NCBI GenBank assembly: GCA_023246655.1
Contig: JAHFHX010000005.1
Coordinates: 67-64,066, forward strand
Source: Candidatus Magasanikiibacteriota bacterium
GTDB taxonomy: Bacteria; Patescibacteriota; Patescibacteriia; Magasanikbacterales; GWA2-37-8
Reading direction: 5' to 3'
Length of the DNA stretch: 64,000 nt
A program made the translations under genes and the position numbers. Every line of letters begins with the position of its first letter. Within the stretch, counting starts at the first letter, position 1. Shown in pieces: positions 38,163-48,175 of the stretch. The notes under the pieces were generated by a model. The model was given only the letters and a program-made list of their open reading frames with translations, was not told where the DNA came from and searched no databases.

Positions 38163-41100
38163 ATGTACAACGCCAACACCGAAGAACAAAAAATTCTCGA
38201 ATTCTGGAAAGAAAACAAAGCTTTCGAAAAATCTGTCCAAAATCGTCCCGAAGATAAACCCTACGTTTTTTATGATGGTCCACCATTTGCCACCGGTCTC
38301 CCACACTATGGGCATATTTTAGCTTCCGTTATTAAAGATGTGGTGCCGCGTTATTGGACCATGAAAGGCTACCGCGTGCCGCGCAAGTGGATTTGGGATT
38401 GTCACGGGCTCCCGATTGAGAGTTTGATTGAAAAAGAATTGGGTATTTCATCTAAAAAACAGATTGAAAATGAATTTGGCGTAGATAAATTTAACGACGC
38501 CTGCAAATCTAAGGTGCAATTATATGTTGGCGAATGGAAAAAAATGGTAGAGCGTATCGGTCGCTGGGTAGAATATGATAATTCCGCCAAAACTATGGAC
38601 CCAACCTATATGGAATCGGTCTGGTGGGCCCTCAAAACCATTTGGGATAAAGGCCTCATCTACGAAGGTCGGAAAGTCCTTATGTACTGCCCGCACTGCG
38701 AAACGCCCGTCTCCAAGGCAGAGATTGCCATGGATAATAGCTATAAGGATATAACGGAAGAGTCCGTCACCGCGAAGTTTAAATTAAAAAATAAAAATGA
38801 AAAAATAAAAAATATTGAAGGCGATATTTTTATACTCGCGTGGACGACAACGCCGTGGACATTGCCGGGGAATGTGGCGCTGGCGGTTGGGAAGGATATC
38901 TTTTACTCAGTCGTCCAAGCGACTAATGGAGTATATATTGTTGCGTCTGACCGAGTGGAAAAAGTTTTTGCTGGAGAAACAGTTGAAGTCCTGAAAGAAG
39001 TGAGAGGCGTGGATTTGGCTGGCTTAGAATACGAGCCGCTTTTTGACATGCCGGCCATGCAAGAAACTGGCAAGAAGGCATATTATGTCTCAACGGCCAA
39101 TTTTGTCACGACCGCTGATGGTACCGGTGTCGTCCATACGGCCGTGATTTATGGTGAAGACGACTATAATCTTGGCCTCAAACTCGATCTGCCCATGGTA
39201 CCAATGTTAAATGAGAGAGGGGAGTTTAATGAGGTGGCACCAGAATTTCTCCGCGGGGCTTATTTCAAAAAAGCGGAGAAAGAAATTAAGAACGACCTCG
39301 AAAAACGTGGTTTATTATTTTCCCGCGAGCAATTCACGCACTCCTATCCGCATTGTTGGCGCTGCAACACCCAGCTTATTTACAACGCTATTTCCGCATG
39401 GTTCATTAATATTCAAAAAATTAAAACTCGTCTCATTGAACTCAACCAAAATATTAATTGGTACCCAGAGCACTTGAAAGAGGGTCGTTTTCTGAATATC
39501 CTTGAGACAGCACCAGATTGGAATATTTCCCGTAATCGCTACTGGGCGACGCCGTTGCCGTTTTGGAAATGTAGTCGAAAGGAACAAGGAACAAGGAACA
39601 AGGAACAAGGTGATTGCGACAACATTGTATGCATCGGTAGTGTCGCCGAGCTGAAAGAGAAAGCGACCAACTTTTCCGAAGTATTCCCGACCGACAATGT
39701 TGCCGAGCTGGATTTGCACAAACAGTTCATGGATAAAATCAAACTCAAGTGTGACCAATGTGGGGGAATAATGGAGCGCATTCCGGAAGTGATTGATTGT
39801 TGGGTAGAATCTGGTTCGGTGCCATTTGGGCCGTTGCATTACCCGTTTGAGAACAAACAGGAGTTTAAAGACAAATTCCCGGGCCAATATATTGCTGAGT
39901 ATATTAATCAAACTCGCGCCTGGTTTTATTACACGCATGTGATGGCGACGCTTTTGTTTGATTCTAATGCTTTTGAGAATTGCGTTACCACCGGTGAAAT
40001 CCAAAATGACAAAGGCGAAAAATTGTCCAAGTCAAAACGAAATTTTACTGACCCCTGGATTATTATTGAGCAGTATGGCGTTGATGCTCTCCGTTATTAT
40101 TTAATGACCAGCCCAGTGATGCTCGCGGATAATTTGTTATTCAACGACCGCGAAGTCAAAGATATTTATAACAAAGTCGTCAACATGCTCTCGAATGTGC
40201 TGGAGTTTTATCAGATGTACGCAGCACCAACTGTCATCCCGAGCGAGGCTCGCGCCGACGAGGGATCTCTGGCTCACTCGACGACGGACAGAGATTCCTC
40301 ACCCCTGCGACGGGGATTCGGAATGACAAAACATAGCAAACATATTCTCGATCGTTGGATTATGGCTAAACTCCATGAGTTAGTCAAAACCGTCACCGAG
40401 GAAATGGATAAATACAACACGGTAAAAGCCGGCCGGCCAATTAAGGATTTTATTGATGATCTTTCCACGTGGTATCTGCGCCGGAGCCGCGATCGCTTTA
40501 AGGGTAGTGACGAGCTCGATAAACAGCACGCTCTCCACACCCTCCGTGAAGTGCTTCTGGCACTCTCCAAACTCATGGCTCCGTTCACGCCGTTCATTGC
40601 CGAAAAAATCTATCAATCCCTACATTCCTACTCGCCTACCGCCCTACAACCCTCGGTTCACCTAGAAGATTGGCCTCAGTACCACGAAGAGCATCACGTG
40701 CAAGGCGTGCTTGATGAGATGAGTGGTGTCCGTAAAATGGTGGAACTCGGTTTGGCGCTCCGGGCTGAGAATAAAATTAAAGTCCGTCAGCCACTGTATC
40801 AATTAACAGTGAACAATGAACATTTATCACACGAACTCAAGAGTATCATTGCTGATGAGCTAAATGTTAAACAGGTTGATTTCGCTGAATTCGTTGAGGA
40901 GAATCCAGATTGGGTGAGCAAAGAGGACGGTAAGCCCAAAGTGTGGCTCAATATCAAACTTGATGAGCAATTAAAAAAAGAGGGGCTACTCCGCGAAGTG
41001 ATTCGCACTATTAACCAATTGCGCAAAGAGATGAAGTTGACGATTCAGGATCAGGTGGTAATTTTGTATTCAACTAATGATGCGGAGTTACAACAAGTAT

Positions 41101-41225
41101 TTACACAGTTCGCTGAAGAGGTTAAACGATCGGTACTCGCGAGCGACCTGGTGGCAAGCAAAGACATCGCAAAAGTTGAGATCGAAATTGATAAAAAATC
41201 GCTAAAATTAGAGATAAAAAAGTAG
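38163..41225 (+). CDS. ileS: isoleucine--tRNA ligase (type 2)
   Basis: HIGH (PHYGHIL), KMSKS (KLSKSK), editing domain; 1020 aa. Confidence 0.95.
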   Translation: MYNANTEEQKILEFWKENKAFEKSVQNRPEDKPYVFYDGPPFATGLPHYGHILASVIKDVVPRYWTMKGYRVPRKWIWDCHGLPIESLIEKELGISSKKQIENEFGVDKFNDACKSKVQLYVGEWKKMVERIGRWVEYDNSAKTMDPTYMESVWWALKTIWDKGLIYEGRKVLMYCPHCETPVSKAEIAMDNSYKDITEESVTAKFKLKNKNEKIKNIEGDIFILAWTTTPWTLPGNVALAVGKDIFYSVVQATNGVYIVASDRVEKVFAGETVEVLKEVRGVDLAGLEYEPLFDMPAMQETGKKAYYVSTANFVTTADGTGVVHTAVIYGEDDYNLGLKLDLPMVPMLNERGEFNEVAPEFLRGAYFKKAEKEIKNDLEKRGLLFSREQFTHSYPHCWRCNTQLIYNAISAWFINIQKIKTRLIELNQNINWYPEHLKEGRFLNILETAPDWNISRNRYWATPLPFWKCSRKEQGTRNKEQGDCDNIVCIGSVAELKEKATNFSEVFPTDNVAELDLHKQFMDKIKLKCDQCGGIMERIPEVIDCWVESGSVPFGPLHYPFENKQEFKDKFPGQYIAEYINQTRAWFYYTHVMATLLFDSNAFENCVTTGEIQNDKGEKLSKSKRNFTDPWIIIEQYGVDALRYYLMTSPVMLADNLLFNDREVKDIYNKVVNMLSNVLEFYQMYAAPTVIPSEARADEGSLAHSTTDRDSSPLRRGFGMTKHSKHILDRWIMAKLHELVKTVTEEMDKYNTVKAGRPIKDFIDDLSTWYLRRSRDRFKGSDELDKQHALHTLREVLLALSKLMAPFTPFIAEKIYQSLHSYSPTALQPSVHLEDWPQYHEEHHVQGVLDEMSGVRKMVELGLALRAENKIKVRQPLYQLTVNNEHLSHELKSIIADELNVKQVDFAEFVEENPDWVSKEDGKPKVWLNIKLDEQLKKEGLLREVIRTINQLRKEMKLTIQDQVVILYSTNDAELQQVFTQFAEEVKRSVLASDLVASKDIAKVEIEIDKKSLKLEIKK
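39578..39610 (+). repeat. tandem heptamer (ggaacaa)x4 inside ileS
   Basis: Encodes KEQGTRNKEQG; perfect 7-bp units. Confidence 0.6.
40232..40330. repeat. family A palindromic element inserted in frame in ileS
   Basis: ctgtcatcccgagcgaggc...gagggatctctggctca...ggaatgacaa; 99 bp (33 codons) translating to VIPSEARADEGSLAHSTTDRDSSPLRRGFGMT. Confidence 0.75.
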
Positions 41226-41438
41226 AACGTCTTGACAAAAGTATTCCCAGTGACTAAACTAGTGGTTTGAATTATCGAAGGAGACCAAATTCATACCACA
41301 CTACTTATGAGTTTGCATAACTCAGAGGAGCCCGATCCTGGTACGTGCAGCTACGAAAATAAAATTACTAAAGAATTCACTATAACCCAGCGAGTGCGAG
41401 TGGCCGTTGGGTTATTTTAATTCTAAAAAAATTATACT

Positions 41439-42728
41439 ATGAACAGTAATAACGTAACCGTAGCCGGAAAAACAATCTTATTAATTCATGCTGGTTCAAT
41501 GCGTAAAAAATTTATTTTTGATCGACTAAAAGAATTAGGTATACAAATTGTTTGTTTAAATAAGGAAAGAACCACTTTGGCCGAGCCCTATGTGAGTCAC
41601 TGGATTACCGCCGATTTAAAAGATTACCAGGCGTGTCTTGACCAAGTGAAACAATTCATGAGCGATAATCCGACGGTTAAAATTGACGGAGCGTTGACAT
41701 TTTGGGATGAATGCATCTTGCTCACTTCCAAAATTGTTGACGCATTTGGTTGGGTTGGTATTCCTTTTGCGGTATCAGATCGAATCAAGAATAAATATGT
41801 TTTTAGAGACGCTTGCCAAACCGAAGGAATCTCGGCACCGTGCCATGTACTTATTCATCAAGAAACGGACTTAGACCAGGTTGATAAAAAACTAGAATAT
41901 CCGCTCGTGATTAAACCAATTTACGGTGCCTGTAGTGCCTTTGTGGTACGGGTAGAAAACCAGGCAGAACTTCAAGCAGCCTACGCCACAATCAAAAAAA
42001 ATATTAATAATTTTTGGTTAGCGCCAGAATGGAAGAATCTCGAAGTACAAGCAGAAGAATACATTGACGGTCAAGAAGTGGATATTGATATTCTGTTGCA
42101 AGATGGGCAGTGTACATATATCGCCATTATTGATAATAAGGAGACCAATGAGCCTTATTTTGTGGAGACTGGTTGGTCCTCACCTTCGCGATTATCCGCT
42201 CCGGAGCAGCGCGCTTTAGAAGCAATGGCTCTATCCACGCTTGATAAACTTGGGGTTAAAAATGGTTGCGTCCACTTTGAAGCTAAAATTGGTTCTCAGG
42301 GAGCGGTTCCTATTGAAGTCAACTTACGTATGGGCGGTGGCGAGGTTTATATTTACTCAAAGCTCGTATGGGGAGTTGATTTAGTAGAAGGTGCCGCCAC
42401 GATTGCCCTGGGTTTACCGTTGCACGTTGCTAAAGCCGCCTCTCCGCATTATCACCTCTTGTCGCATCGTTTTTTGTCTGGTGATACCTGCCAGGTAACT
42501 AAAATCAACGTTCATAAAGACCTCTACACTCAAGACTATTTTGTGGATCTATATTTTGAAAAACAGGCCGGCGATATATTTTTAGCTCCTCCAGAAGGTT
42601 ATGATCGCAGCATCGGTGTTATCACTGTAAAGGGTCAGAGCCACCAAGAAACAGCCAATAATTTAGCCAAGGCGCTTAAGTATATTGATTATACTCTGAA
42701 AAAAATGGAAACCAAACAGCAGGATTAA
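41439..42728 (+). CDS. ATP-grasp domain protein (carboxylate-amine ligase-like)
   Basis: Pre-ATP-grasp plus ATP-grasp blocks (EEYIDGQEVDIDIL, VHFEAK, EVNLRMGGG). Confidence 0.75.
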   Translation: MNSNNVTVAGKTILLIHAGSMRKKFIFDRLKELGIQIVCLNKERTTLAEPYVSHWITADLKDYQACLDQVKQFMSDNPTVKIDGALTFWDECILLTSKIVDAFGWVGIPFAVSDRIKNKYVFRDACQTEGISAPCHVLIHQETDLDQVDKKLEYPLVIKPIYGACSAFVVRVENQAELQAAYATIKKNINNFWLAPEWKNLEVQAEEYIDGQEVDIDILLQDGQCTYIAIIDNKETNEPYFVETGWSSPSRLSAPEQRALEAMALSTLDKLGVKNGCVHFEAKIGSQGAVPIEVNLRMGGGEVYIYSKLVWGVDLVEGAATIALGLPLHVAKAASPHYHLLSHRFLSGDTCQVTKINVHKDLYTQDYFVDLYFEKQAGDIFLAPPEGYDRSIGVITVKGQSHQETANNLAKALKYIDYTLKKMETKQQD

Positions 42729-42752
42729 ATCTCTATTTCTGTCATTTAAACT

Positions 42753-44132
42753 ATGTTGCAAAACAAAGAAAAAATTTTATTCGTGCAAAGTAAACTCATT
42801 ACCAATGGTATACAGATTACGGTAAAGGGGAAGCGCTTTGCGATTCAATATCCACTACCCATTTGGCGGAAGACTCCACCAGCGATTCGACAAATTTTAT
42901 TAGAGCATTTAACGTTTGGAAATACCCATTTTTTACCAGTCACCTTAGGTTACGATCGAATTCGCTACAATACCGCACTCCCGCTTTTTGAGCCATTACT
43001 TTTTCGAAATCAAGCAATCTCTATTGTTAAGGCTGAGAAGTATGATAAAGTACCACCCCTAACATATTTGCGAAAATTTTTTAATTTGCAGTTTGATTTT
43101 GCGCCAAGAGCCGGGACAGTAGTAGGTGAAGATGCCCGGAAAAAATTTTCCAAAACTCCAGTAACGGCTATCATCCCATTTACCTTCGGCAAAGAGAGTC
43201 TTGCCACCTTTGCCTTATGTCGCGAGGTGGGTATTAAACCGGTATTAGTTTATTCCCAAGAACCATCCTCACCATACGAGGAAGCTTACAAAAAGAAACA
43301 ATTAATTAATTTTAGCAAAGAATTTAATGTTGATACGTATTTTGTTAAAAATGAACCTGGATTATTTCGCTATGATGTTGCTTTTAAACAGAAGCCAGGT
43401 ACGGAGGTAGGGTGGGGGCTTCAGACAACGTTACTTTCTTGGCAGGTATTGCCTTTTGTTTTTGCCTATCAAGCACAATATATTTTTTTTGGTAGTGAAT
43501 ATTCAAACAATGAATATGAGATCAATGAAGCTGGGTGGCGTGTGCAGTTATCATATGATCAGACCAGTTTTTTTACTATGGAGCAAGATAATGCTATTCG
43601 TGTGTTGACGCATGATAACTGTCGCGTGCGGACCAGCTTAGAACCTATGGAGGAAACTGCTATTCTATTTATGTTGCATCGACGCTATCCAGAGATTGGT
43701 AAATATCAATTCTCGTGTACCGGAGAAAAATCATTGTACCCTGGCTCGCAGTGGTGCCACCAGTGTTATAAATGCTGGCGGATGTTTTTAATTGCTTGTT
43801 GTGTTGGAGTTGATCCATATTCCTTTGGGTTTAAAAAAGATCTCTTAAATACACCGGGCATCTTTACTAATTATTTTGGCGAGGAGATTAAAAGTGGTTC
43901 TCAAGATGAACTCGATTTCTGTTTCTATGTTCTGCATAAAAAGAATTGGCCATCTCCATATGTTACCAAATTCCGCCGCCACCGGCTCTCACACCTTAAG
44001 CCCTGGGGTTTCTACCGCAAAAATTTTACTTCGCTCCAACCTCATCTTAATCTTCCCGCACCCTATCGCGAAAAGTTTTTAGCTATCTTTGCACAGGAAT
44101 TACGCCAGCTCAAAAAAGTCCTGCCACGGTAG
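42753..44132 (+). CDS. hypothetical protein, possible degenerate PP-loop/PAPS-reductase-like ATPase with C-terminal Cys cluster
   Basis: AIIPFTFGKESLATFAL resembles degenerate SGGKDS PP-loop; Cys cluster C..12..CHQCYKC. Confidence 0.4.
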   Translation: MLQNKEKILFVQSKLITNGIQITVKGKRFAIQYPLPIWRKTPPAIRQILLEHLTFGNTHFLPVTLGYDRIRYNTALPLFEPLLFRNQAISIVKAEKYDKVPPLTYLRKFFNLQFDFAPRAGTVVGEDARKKFSKTPVTAIIPFTFGKESLATFALCREVGIKPVLVYSQEPSSPYEEAYKKKQLINFSKEFNVDTYFVKNEPGLFRYDVAFKQKPGTEVGWGLQTTLLSWQVLPFVFAYQAQYIFFGSEYSNNEYEINEAGWRVQLSYDQTSFFTMEQDNAIRVLTHDNCRVRTSLEPMEETAILFMLHRRYPEIGKYQFSCTGEKSLYPGSQWCHQCYKCWRMFLIACCVGVDPYSFGFKKDLLNTPGIFTNYFGEEIKSGSQDELDFCFYVLHKKNWPSPYVTKFRRHRLSHLKPWGFYRKNFTSLQPHLNLPAPYREKFLAIFAQELRQLKKVLPR

Positions 44133-44221
44133 TATAAAGGGTTGACAATATCTTTGTTTTATTTTACAGTTATCTATAGTGGGGAACCATACCACCTTTT
44201 TTTCTATATCTCATAATCAGT

Positions 44222-45187
44222 ATGATAACTGTCAAGCAAGTTTTTGATCTCAGCCTCAAAATGGGGATGGCCGCTGATCCACGTGGTCTGCAAGCGATAA
44301 AAAAACACTTCAATCGGGTTAAACATCAGTATAATGATCTTCCTGCCGCCGAGAAGGAATACTTTGACATCAATCGCCTCACAAACCCTTACCTCGATAG
44401 CTCAGTACTTATCGATGACGGTACAACCAAAGTTAAACGGGTGTTAGCCGGCATCGATATTGGTGCTGGAGAAATTTTACTCGCGAGCCAACTCAATGAG
44501 CGTGGCAAGAAAATCGATGTCGTTATTGGTCATCACCCGCTTGGTAAAAATTTGGCTTATTTAGATGAAGCTATGGAACTGCAAGCTGAAGTGCACGAGA
44601 GTCATGGTGTGCCTATTCATCTAGCAGAGAAAATTTTGGAAGAACGTGTCAACGAAGTGGGTCGGGGTATTCACCCTATGAATCATTATCAAGTGGTTAA
44701 TATTGCTGAATTACTCCATATTAATTTAATGAATACACACACCACGACGGATAATTTGGTTGATCAATTCATGTATAACTTTTTGAAGAAAAGAGCTCCC
44801 GAGACCGTGGGAGATTTAATGAAAGCGCTCATGGAAATTCCTGAATATCAGCAGGCTAAGCGACTTGGGACTGGTCCTAAAATTTTTGCTGGCAATCCCA
44901 AACACCGCATTGGCAAATTTTTACTCGAGATGACCGGTGGCACTAACCCCTCGAGTAAAGTGTATGAGCAATACTCCCGCGCTGGTATCAGTACTATTGT
45001 TGGAATGCATATCCGGGAACAATCTATGGAAGCCGTTAACACGCACCAGCTTAATGTTATTATTGCCGGTCACATTTCATCCGATTCGCTTGGCATGAAT
45101 TTGTTTCTTGATGAACTTGAAAAGCGCGGCATCGAAGTTGTGCCCTGTGGTGGGTTGATAAGGGTGAGTCGGGTTAAAAAGAAGTAA
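44222..45187 (+). CDS. Nif3-like dinuclear metal center protein
   Basis: DVVIGHHPL and VIIAGHISSDSLG resemble Nif3/YqfO HHP and AGHY.TE motifs. Confidence 0.5.
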   Translation: MITVKQVFDLSLKMGMAADPRGLQAIKKHFNRVKHQYNDLPAAEKEYFDINRLTNPYLDSSVLIDDGTTKVKRVLAGIDIGAGEILLASQLNERGKKIDVVIGHHPLGKNLAYLDEAMELQAEVHESHGVPIHLAEKILEERVNEVGRGIHPMNHYQVVNIAELLHINLMNTHTTTDNLVDQFMYNFLKKRAPETVGDLMKALMEIPEYQQAKRLGTGPKIFAGNPKHRIGKFLLEMTGGTNPSSKVYEQYSRAGISTIVGMHIREQSMEAVNTHQLNVIIAGHISSDSLGMNLFLDELEKRGIEVVPCGGLIRVSRVKKK

Positions 45188-45251
45188 TTCTCATAACGCG
45201 TAACGTGGAACTTGGAGCGTTACGCGTTTTACGTTATGCGTTACACGAAAT

Positions 45252-45833
45252 ATGATCTCTCTCCTCCAAGGTAAAATTATCTCAAACGCCAACGGTGAGA
45301 TCACGCTCATGACCACGGGTGGTGTTGGGTACCGCGTAAAAGTAAGCCCTAACGCTAGCCTCAATTGCATTGTGGGCACAGAGGTTACCCTCGACACGTA
45401 TTTGGTAGTTCGCGAAGACGTCCTCGAACTTTCTGGTTTTGCCAACATCGCGGAGAAAGAGTTGTTTAAACAATTTATTACCGTGACTGGCGTTGGCCCT
45501 AAGACCGCTCTCCATTTGCTTTCACTGGGCACCGTAGAAGAAATTACTATTGCCATCGGCCGTGGAGACATTGATTACCTCACCAAGGTGAGCGGCATTG
45601 GCAAAAAAACCGCCGAGCGGATTGTGGTTGAACTCAAAAGCAAACTCAAAGAACATTTGGAAGAGAGCGGTACAACGTTTACCCCGGGTAGCGACACTCT
45701 CGGCGATGTTATTGATGCTTTGGTAACGCTTGGTTACTCTGTTTTACAAGCGCGAGAAACGGCTAAAAAACTTGATCCAGCCGGGAAGACGAGTGAGCAG
45801 TTGTTGCGAGAAGCGCTAAGGGTGATAAAGTAA
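45252..45833 (+). CDS. ruvA: Holliday junction DNA helicase RuvA
   Basis: N-terminal OB domain, two HhH motifs, C-terminal RuvB-interaction domain. Confidence 0.9.
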   Translation: MISLLQGKIISNANGEITLMTTGGVGYRVKVSPNASLNCIVGTEVTLDTYLVVREDVLELSGFANIAEKELFKQFITVTGVGPKTALHLLSLGTVEEITIAIGRGDIDYLTKVSGIGKKTAERIVVELKSKLKEHLEESGTTFTPGSDTLGDVIDALVTLGYSVLQARETAKKLDPAGKTSEQLLREALRVIK

Positions 45834-45841
45834 ACTTTCAA

Positions 45842-45944
45842 CTGTCATTCCGAGCGAGGCGTTGCAGCCGACGAGGGATCTCTGGCTCAATCAACATTGG
45901 GTGGTCAAGTGAGCCAGAGATCCCTCCTGCGGTCGGGATGACAA
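45842..45944. repeat. family A palindromic element (intergenic ruvA/pyrF)
   Basis: tgtcattccgagcgaggc...gagggatctctggctca / tgagccagagatccctc...gggatgacaa. Confidence 0.8.
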
Positions 45945-45952
45945 TTGGAGTG

Positions 45953-46726
45953 CTAGGATTTTGACATTCTCGCCTGATAGGCGAGCCACCCCGCCTCCCG
46001 ATATTTCTTCGCCTCCGCCGCCATATCGGCAGATTCATAAATTCCTCGTCCGACAATAATAATGTCGGATTTTTGTTTACCGATGACGTTTTCAGGTGTG
46101 TTATATTGTTGGCCTAAATTATCTCCACCAACAGCCAGCTGTACGCCCGGGGTCATGTTGATGAAACAGGGCTCGTCAATGAGTTGGCGGGTGGTGATAA
46201 AGCCGATTACAAAATCTTTGTTATCTTGGGCCATTTTGAGGGATTCTTCAGTGTACGCTCCTTTCGCTAGGTTGCCTTTTGGTGTCATTTCCGCAAGAAG
46301 GAGTAACGCGCGCCCTTTGGAAAGTCCTATTTCCTTGAGCCCTTGAATAATTCCCGGCCCCGGCACGGTATGGCAATTCACAATGTCGGCCCAATCCGCA
46401 ATGTGGTAGATGCCGTCTTGATATTGATGTTTCACCGTGTTACCAATGTCGGCAAATTTGCGGTCTTCGAATAATAAGAAATTGTGTTTTTCAGCGAGTC
46501 GTTGTAATTGTATCACTAAGTCAGTATCAAAATCTTCTACGATATCAATGTGTGTCTTGAGAAGACATATTTCCGGACCAACGGTATTGGCAATTTTTAA
46601 AAGTTCAGCTTTTGTTATCACATCAGCAGCGATAGAGAGATTTGTCTGTTTATCATCCATGAGATCGAGCAGTTTTTTGGCAGTTGGATTGGTACAAAGT
46701 TTGGCGCGTTCTGAGTAGGAGGGCAT
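45953..46726 (-). CDS. pyrF: orotidine 5'-phosphate decarboxylase
   Basis: URA3-like blocks LLKTHID and [10 protein letters not shown]; 257 aa. Confidence 0.9.
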   Translation of the reverse strand: MPSYSERAKLCTNPTAKKLLDLMDDKQTNLSIAADVITKAELLKIANTVGPEICLLKTHIDIVEDFDTDLVIQLQRLAEKHNFLLFEDRKFADIGNTVKHQYQDGIYHIADWADIVNCHTVPGPGIIQGLKEIGLSKGRALLLLAEMTPKGNLAKGAYTEESLKMAQDNKDFVIGFITTRQLIDEPCFINMTPGVQLAVGGDNLGQQYNTPENVIGKQKSDIIIVGRGIYESADMAAEAKKYREAGWLAYQARMSKS

Positions 46727-46729
46727 AAG

Positions 46730-47473
46730 TTATGATTTAAACAATTTCATAGTTAGTATTTGTGGCAGTCGCATCGCAGTTTCAAATTTTTTTCTATCCA
46801 CTTTTTTCGCTGCTGGCAACGGGCGTGGCTCAATAATATTCTGGATAAGAAATCCAGCTTTAGCCGTGGCTTGAGTGTAATCTTGCAGAGGGCGAGTAAA
46901 TTTTGGTACTACCATGCCACCACCAAAATTTGCTTGACGCACACTTTGCTTAAAATAATCCTCCAGTATCCAAATTTCTTTGCCATCTTTTTCAATCTTG
47001 GTAATCTGCGCTCGAGTGGGGTGAGAGATTGATATTATGCAAAAACCACCGTGTTGTAATACGCGATAAAATTCTTGGAAAACTTTGTTAATGTTTTGAA
47101 TATTCTCAATAACATACATGCATACAATTCCATCAAATGTCGTAGGGCGGAAGGGGAGCTTGCTGATACTCCCGTTGAGATAGTGTACGCCTAGTTTTGT
47201 TGGAGTTTCGTTACTGGCAATTTCTAGCATTTTTTTACTGACATCAATACCGGTTACTTGAGCACCCTTTTTTGCTAGCGCTTGAGCGTAAATACCAGAT
47301 CCACACCCTGCGTCGAGCACGCGCAAACCTCGCAACTGTTTGGGTAACAAAGAGAACGCCGCCGGCATATCAATGTATTCATTATGTACTCGGCCACCGG
47401 CGTTGTTTCGAGAATCGTGGTACTGTTGGCCGAAAGTATTATAGACTCCAGTAACTTTTTTAGTCATGTTCAT
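46730..47473 (-). CDS. class I SAM-dependent methyltransferase
   Basis: VLDAGCGSGIYAQALAKKGAQVTGIDVS motif I and post-I. Confidence 0.8.
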   Translation of the reverse strand: MNMTKKVTGVYNTFGQQYHDSRNNAGGRVHNEYIDMPAAFSLLPKQLRGLRVLDAGCGSGIYAQALAKKGAQVTGIDVSKKMLEIASNETPTKLGVHYLNGSISKLPFRPTTFDGIVCMYVIENIQNINKVFQEFYRVLQHGGFCIISISHPTRAQITKIEKDGKEIWILEDYFKQSVRQANFGGGMVVPKFTRPLQDYTQATAKAGFLIQNIIEPRPLPAAKKVDRKKFETAMRLPQILTMKLFKS

Positions 47474-47474
47474 A

Positions 47475-48125
47475 TTAAGTTGTTGTTGAAATAGTACTCC
47501 ACCAATTTTCCGGATCAGCGCTCCACGAGAGCGCTTGTTTTTTCTCCGTTGGTTTCAAATAGTTTTCCGTGGTCGCAACATCAATAAGTGTAGAAAAATT
47601 ACTCAGTGTATCAAGCATAATATTGGCCGCGGTAAAAGCCTGTTTAGCTTGGTTCATTTGATAATTAAAAATAGCAATCACGTTAGTCACGGTTGCGTTA
47701 TGTTCGCGTTGGCAGGCGGCAGCGGATTTTAATGAGCTCCCACCCGAAGAAATTAAATCCTCTACTATTAAAACTTTGGAACCAGGTTTCATAAAGCCCT
47801 CCACTTGTTTGCCTTTGCCGTGGGCTTTTGGTTCTGGACGAATATAGACCATTGGCTTATTTAATTCATAAGCCAAAAATGATGCCCAGGGGACTGCCGC
47901 CATGGCCGTGCCGCCAATAATATCAAATTGAATACCGCGCTCCTCGACGAGTTTTTTAAAGGCCATAATGACTTTTTTTCGTTCCTCGGGGAATGAAATT
48001 ATCAGTCGGTTATCACAGTAGATTGGCGCTTTCATCCCCGAAGCCCATGTGTATGGGGGGTTGGTACTGACGGTCACCGCTTTTATTTTTAACAAAATTT
48101 TAGCAATTTCTTCGGCTGTAGTCAT
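47475..48125 (-). CDS. pyrE: orotate phosphoribosyltransferase
   Basis: PRPP-binding VLIVEDLISSGGS; located within pyr cluster. Confidence 0.75.
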   Translation of the reverse strand: MTTAEEIAKILLKIKAVTVSTNPPYTWASGMKAPIYCDNRLIISFPEERKKVIMAFKKLVEERGIQFDIIGGTAMAAVPWASFLAYELNKPMVYIRPEPKAHGKGKQVEGFMKPGSKVLIVEDLISSGGSSLKSAAACQREHNATVTNVIAIFNYQMNQAKQAFTAANIMLDTLSNFSTLIDVATTENYLKPTEKKQALSWSADPENWWSTISTTT

Positions 48126-48175
48126 ATTATTTCACGAAATCATGCCGCGCAACGACAGTTGAAGTGCGGCTTTTA

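Noticed and set aside
45838-46056. 72-aa ORF 45838-46056(-) and 68-aa ORF 58114-58320(-)
   Set aside because: Both are read-throughs of family A palindromic elements. The VIPSEA/EGSLAH-like translations are repeat-derived, not genes.
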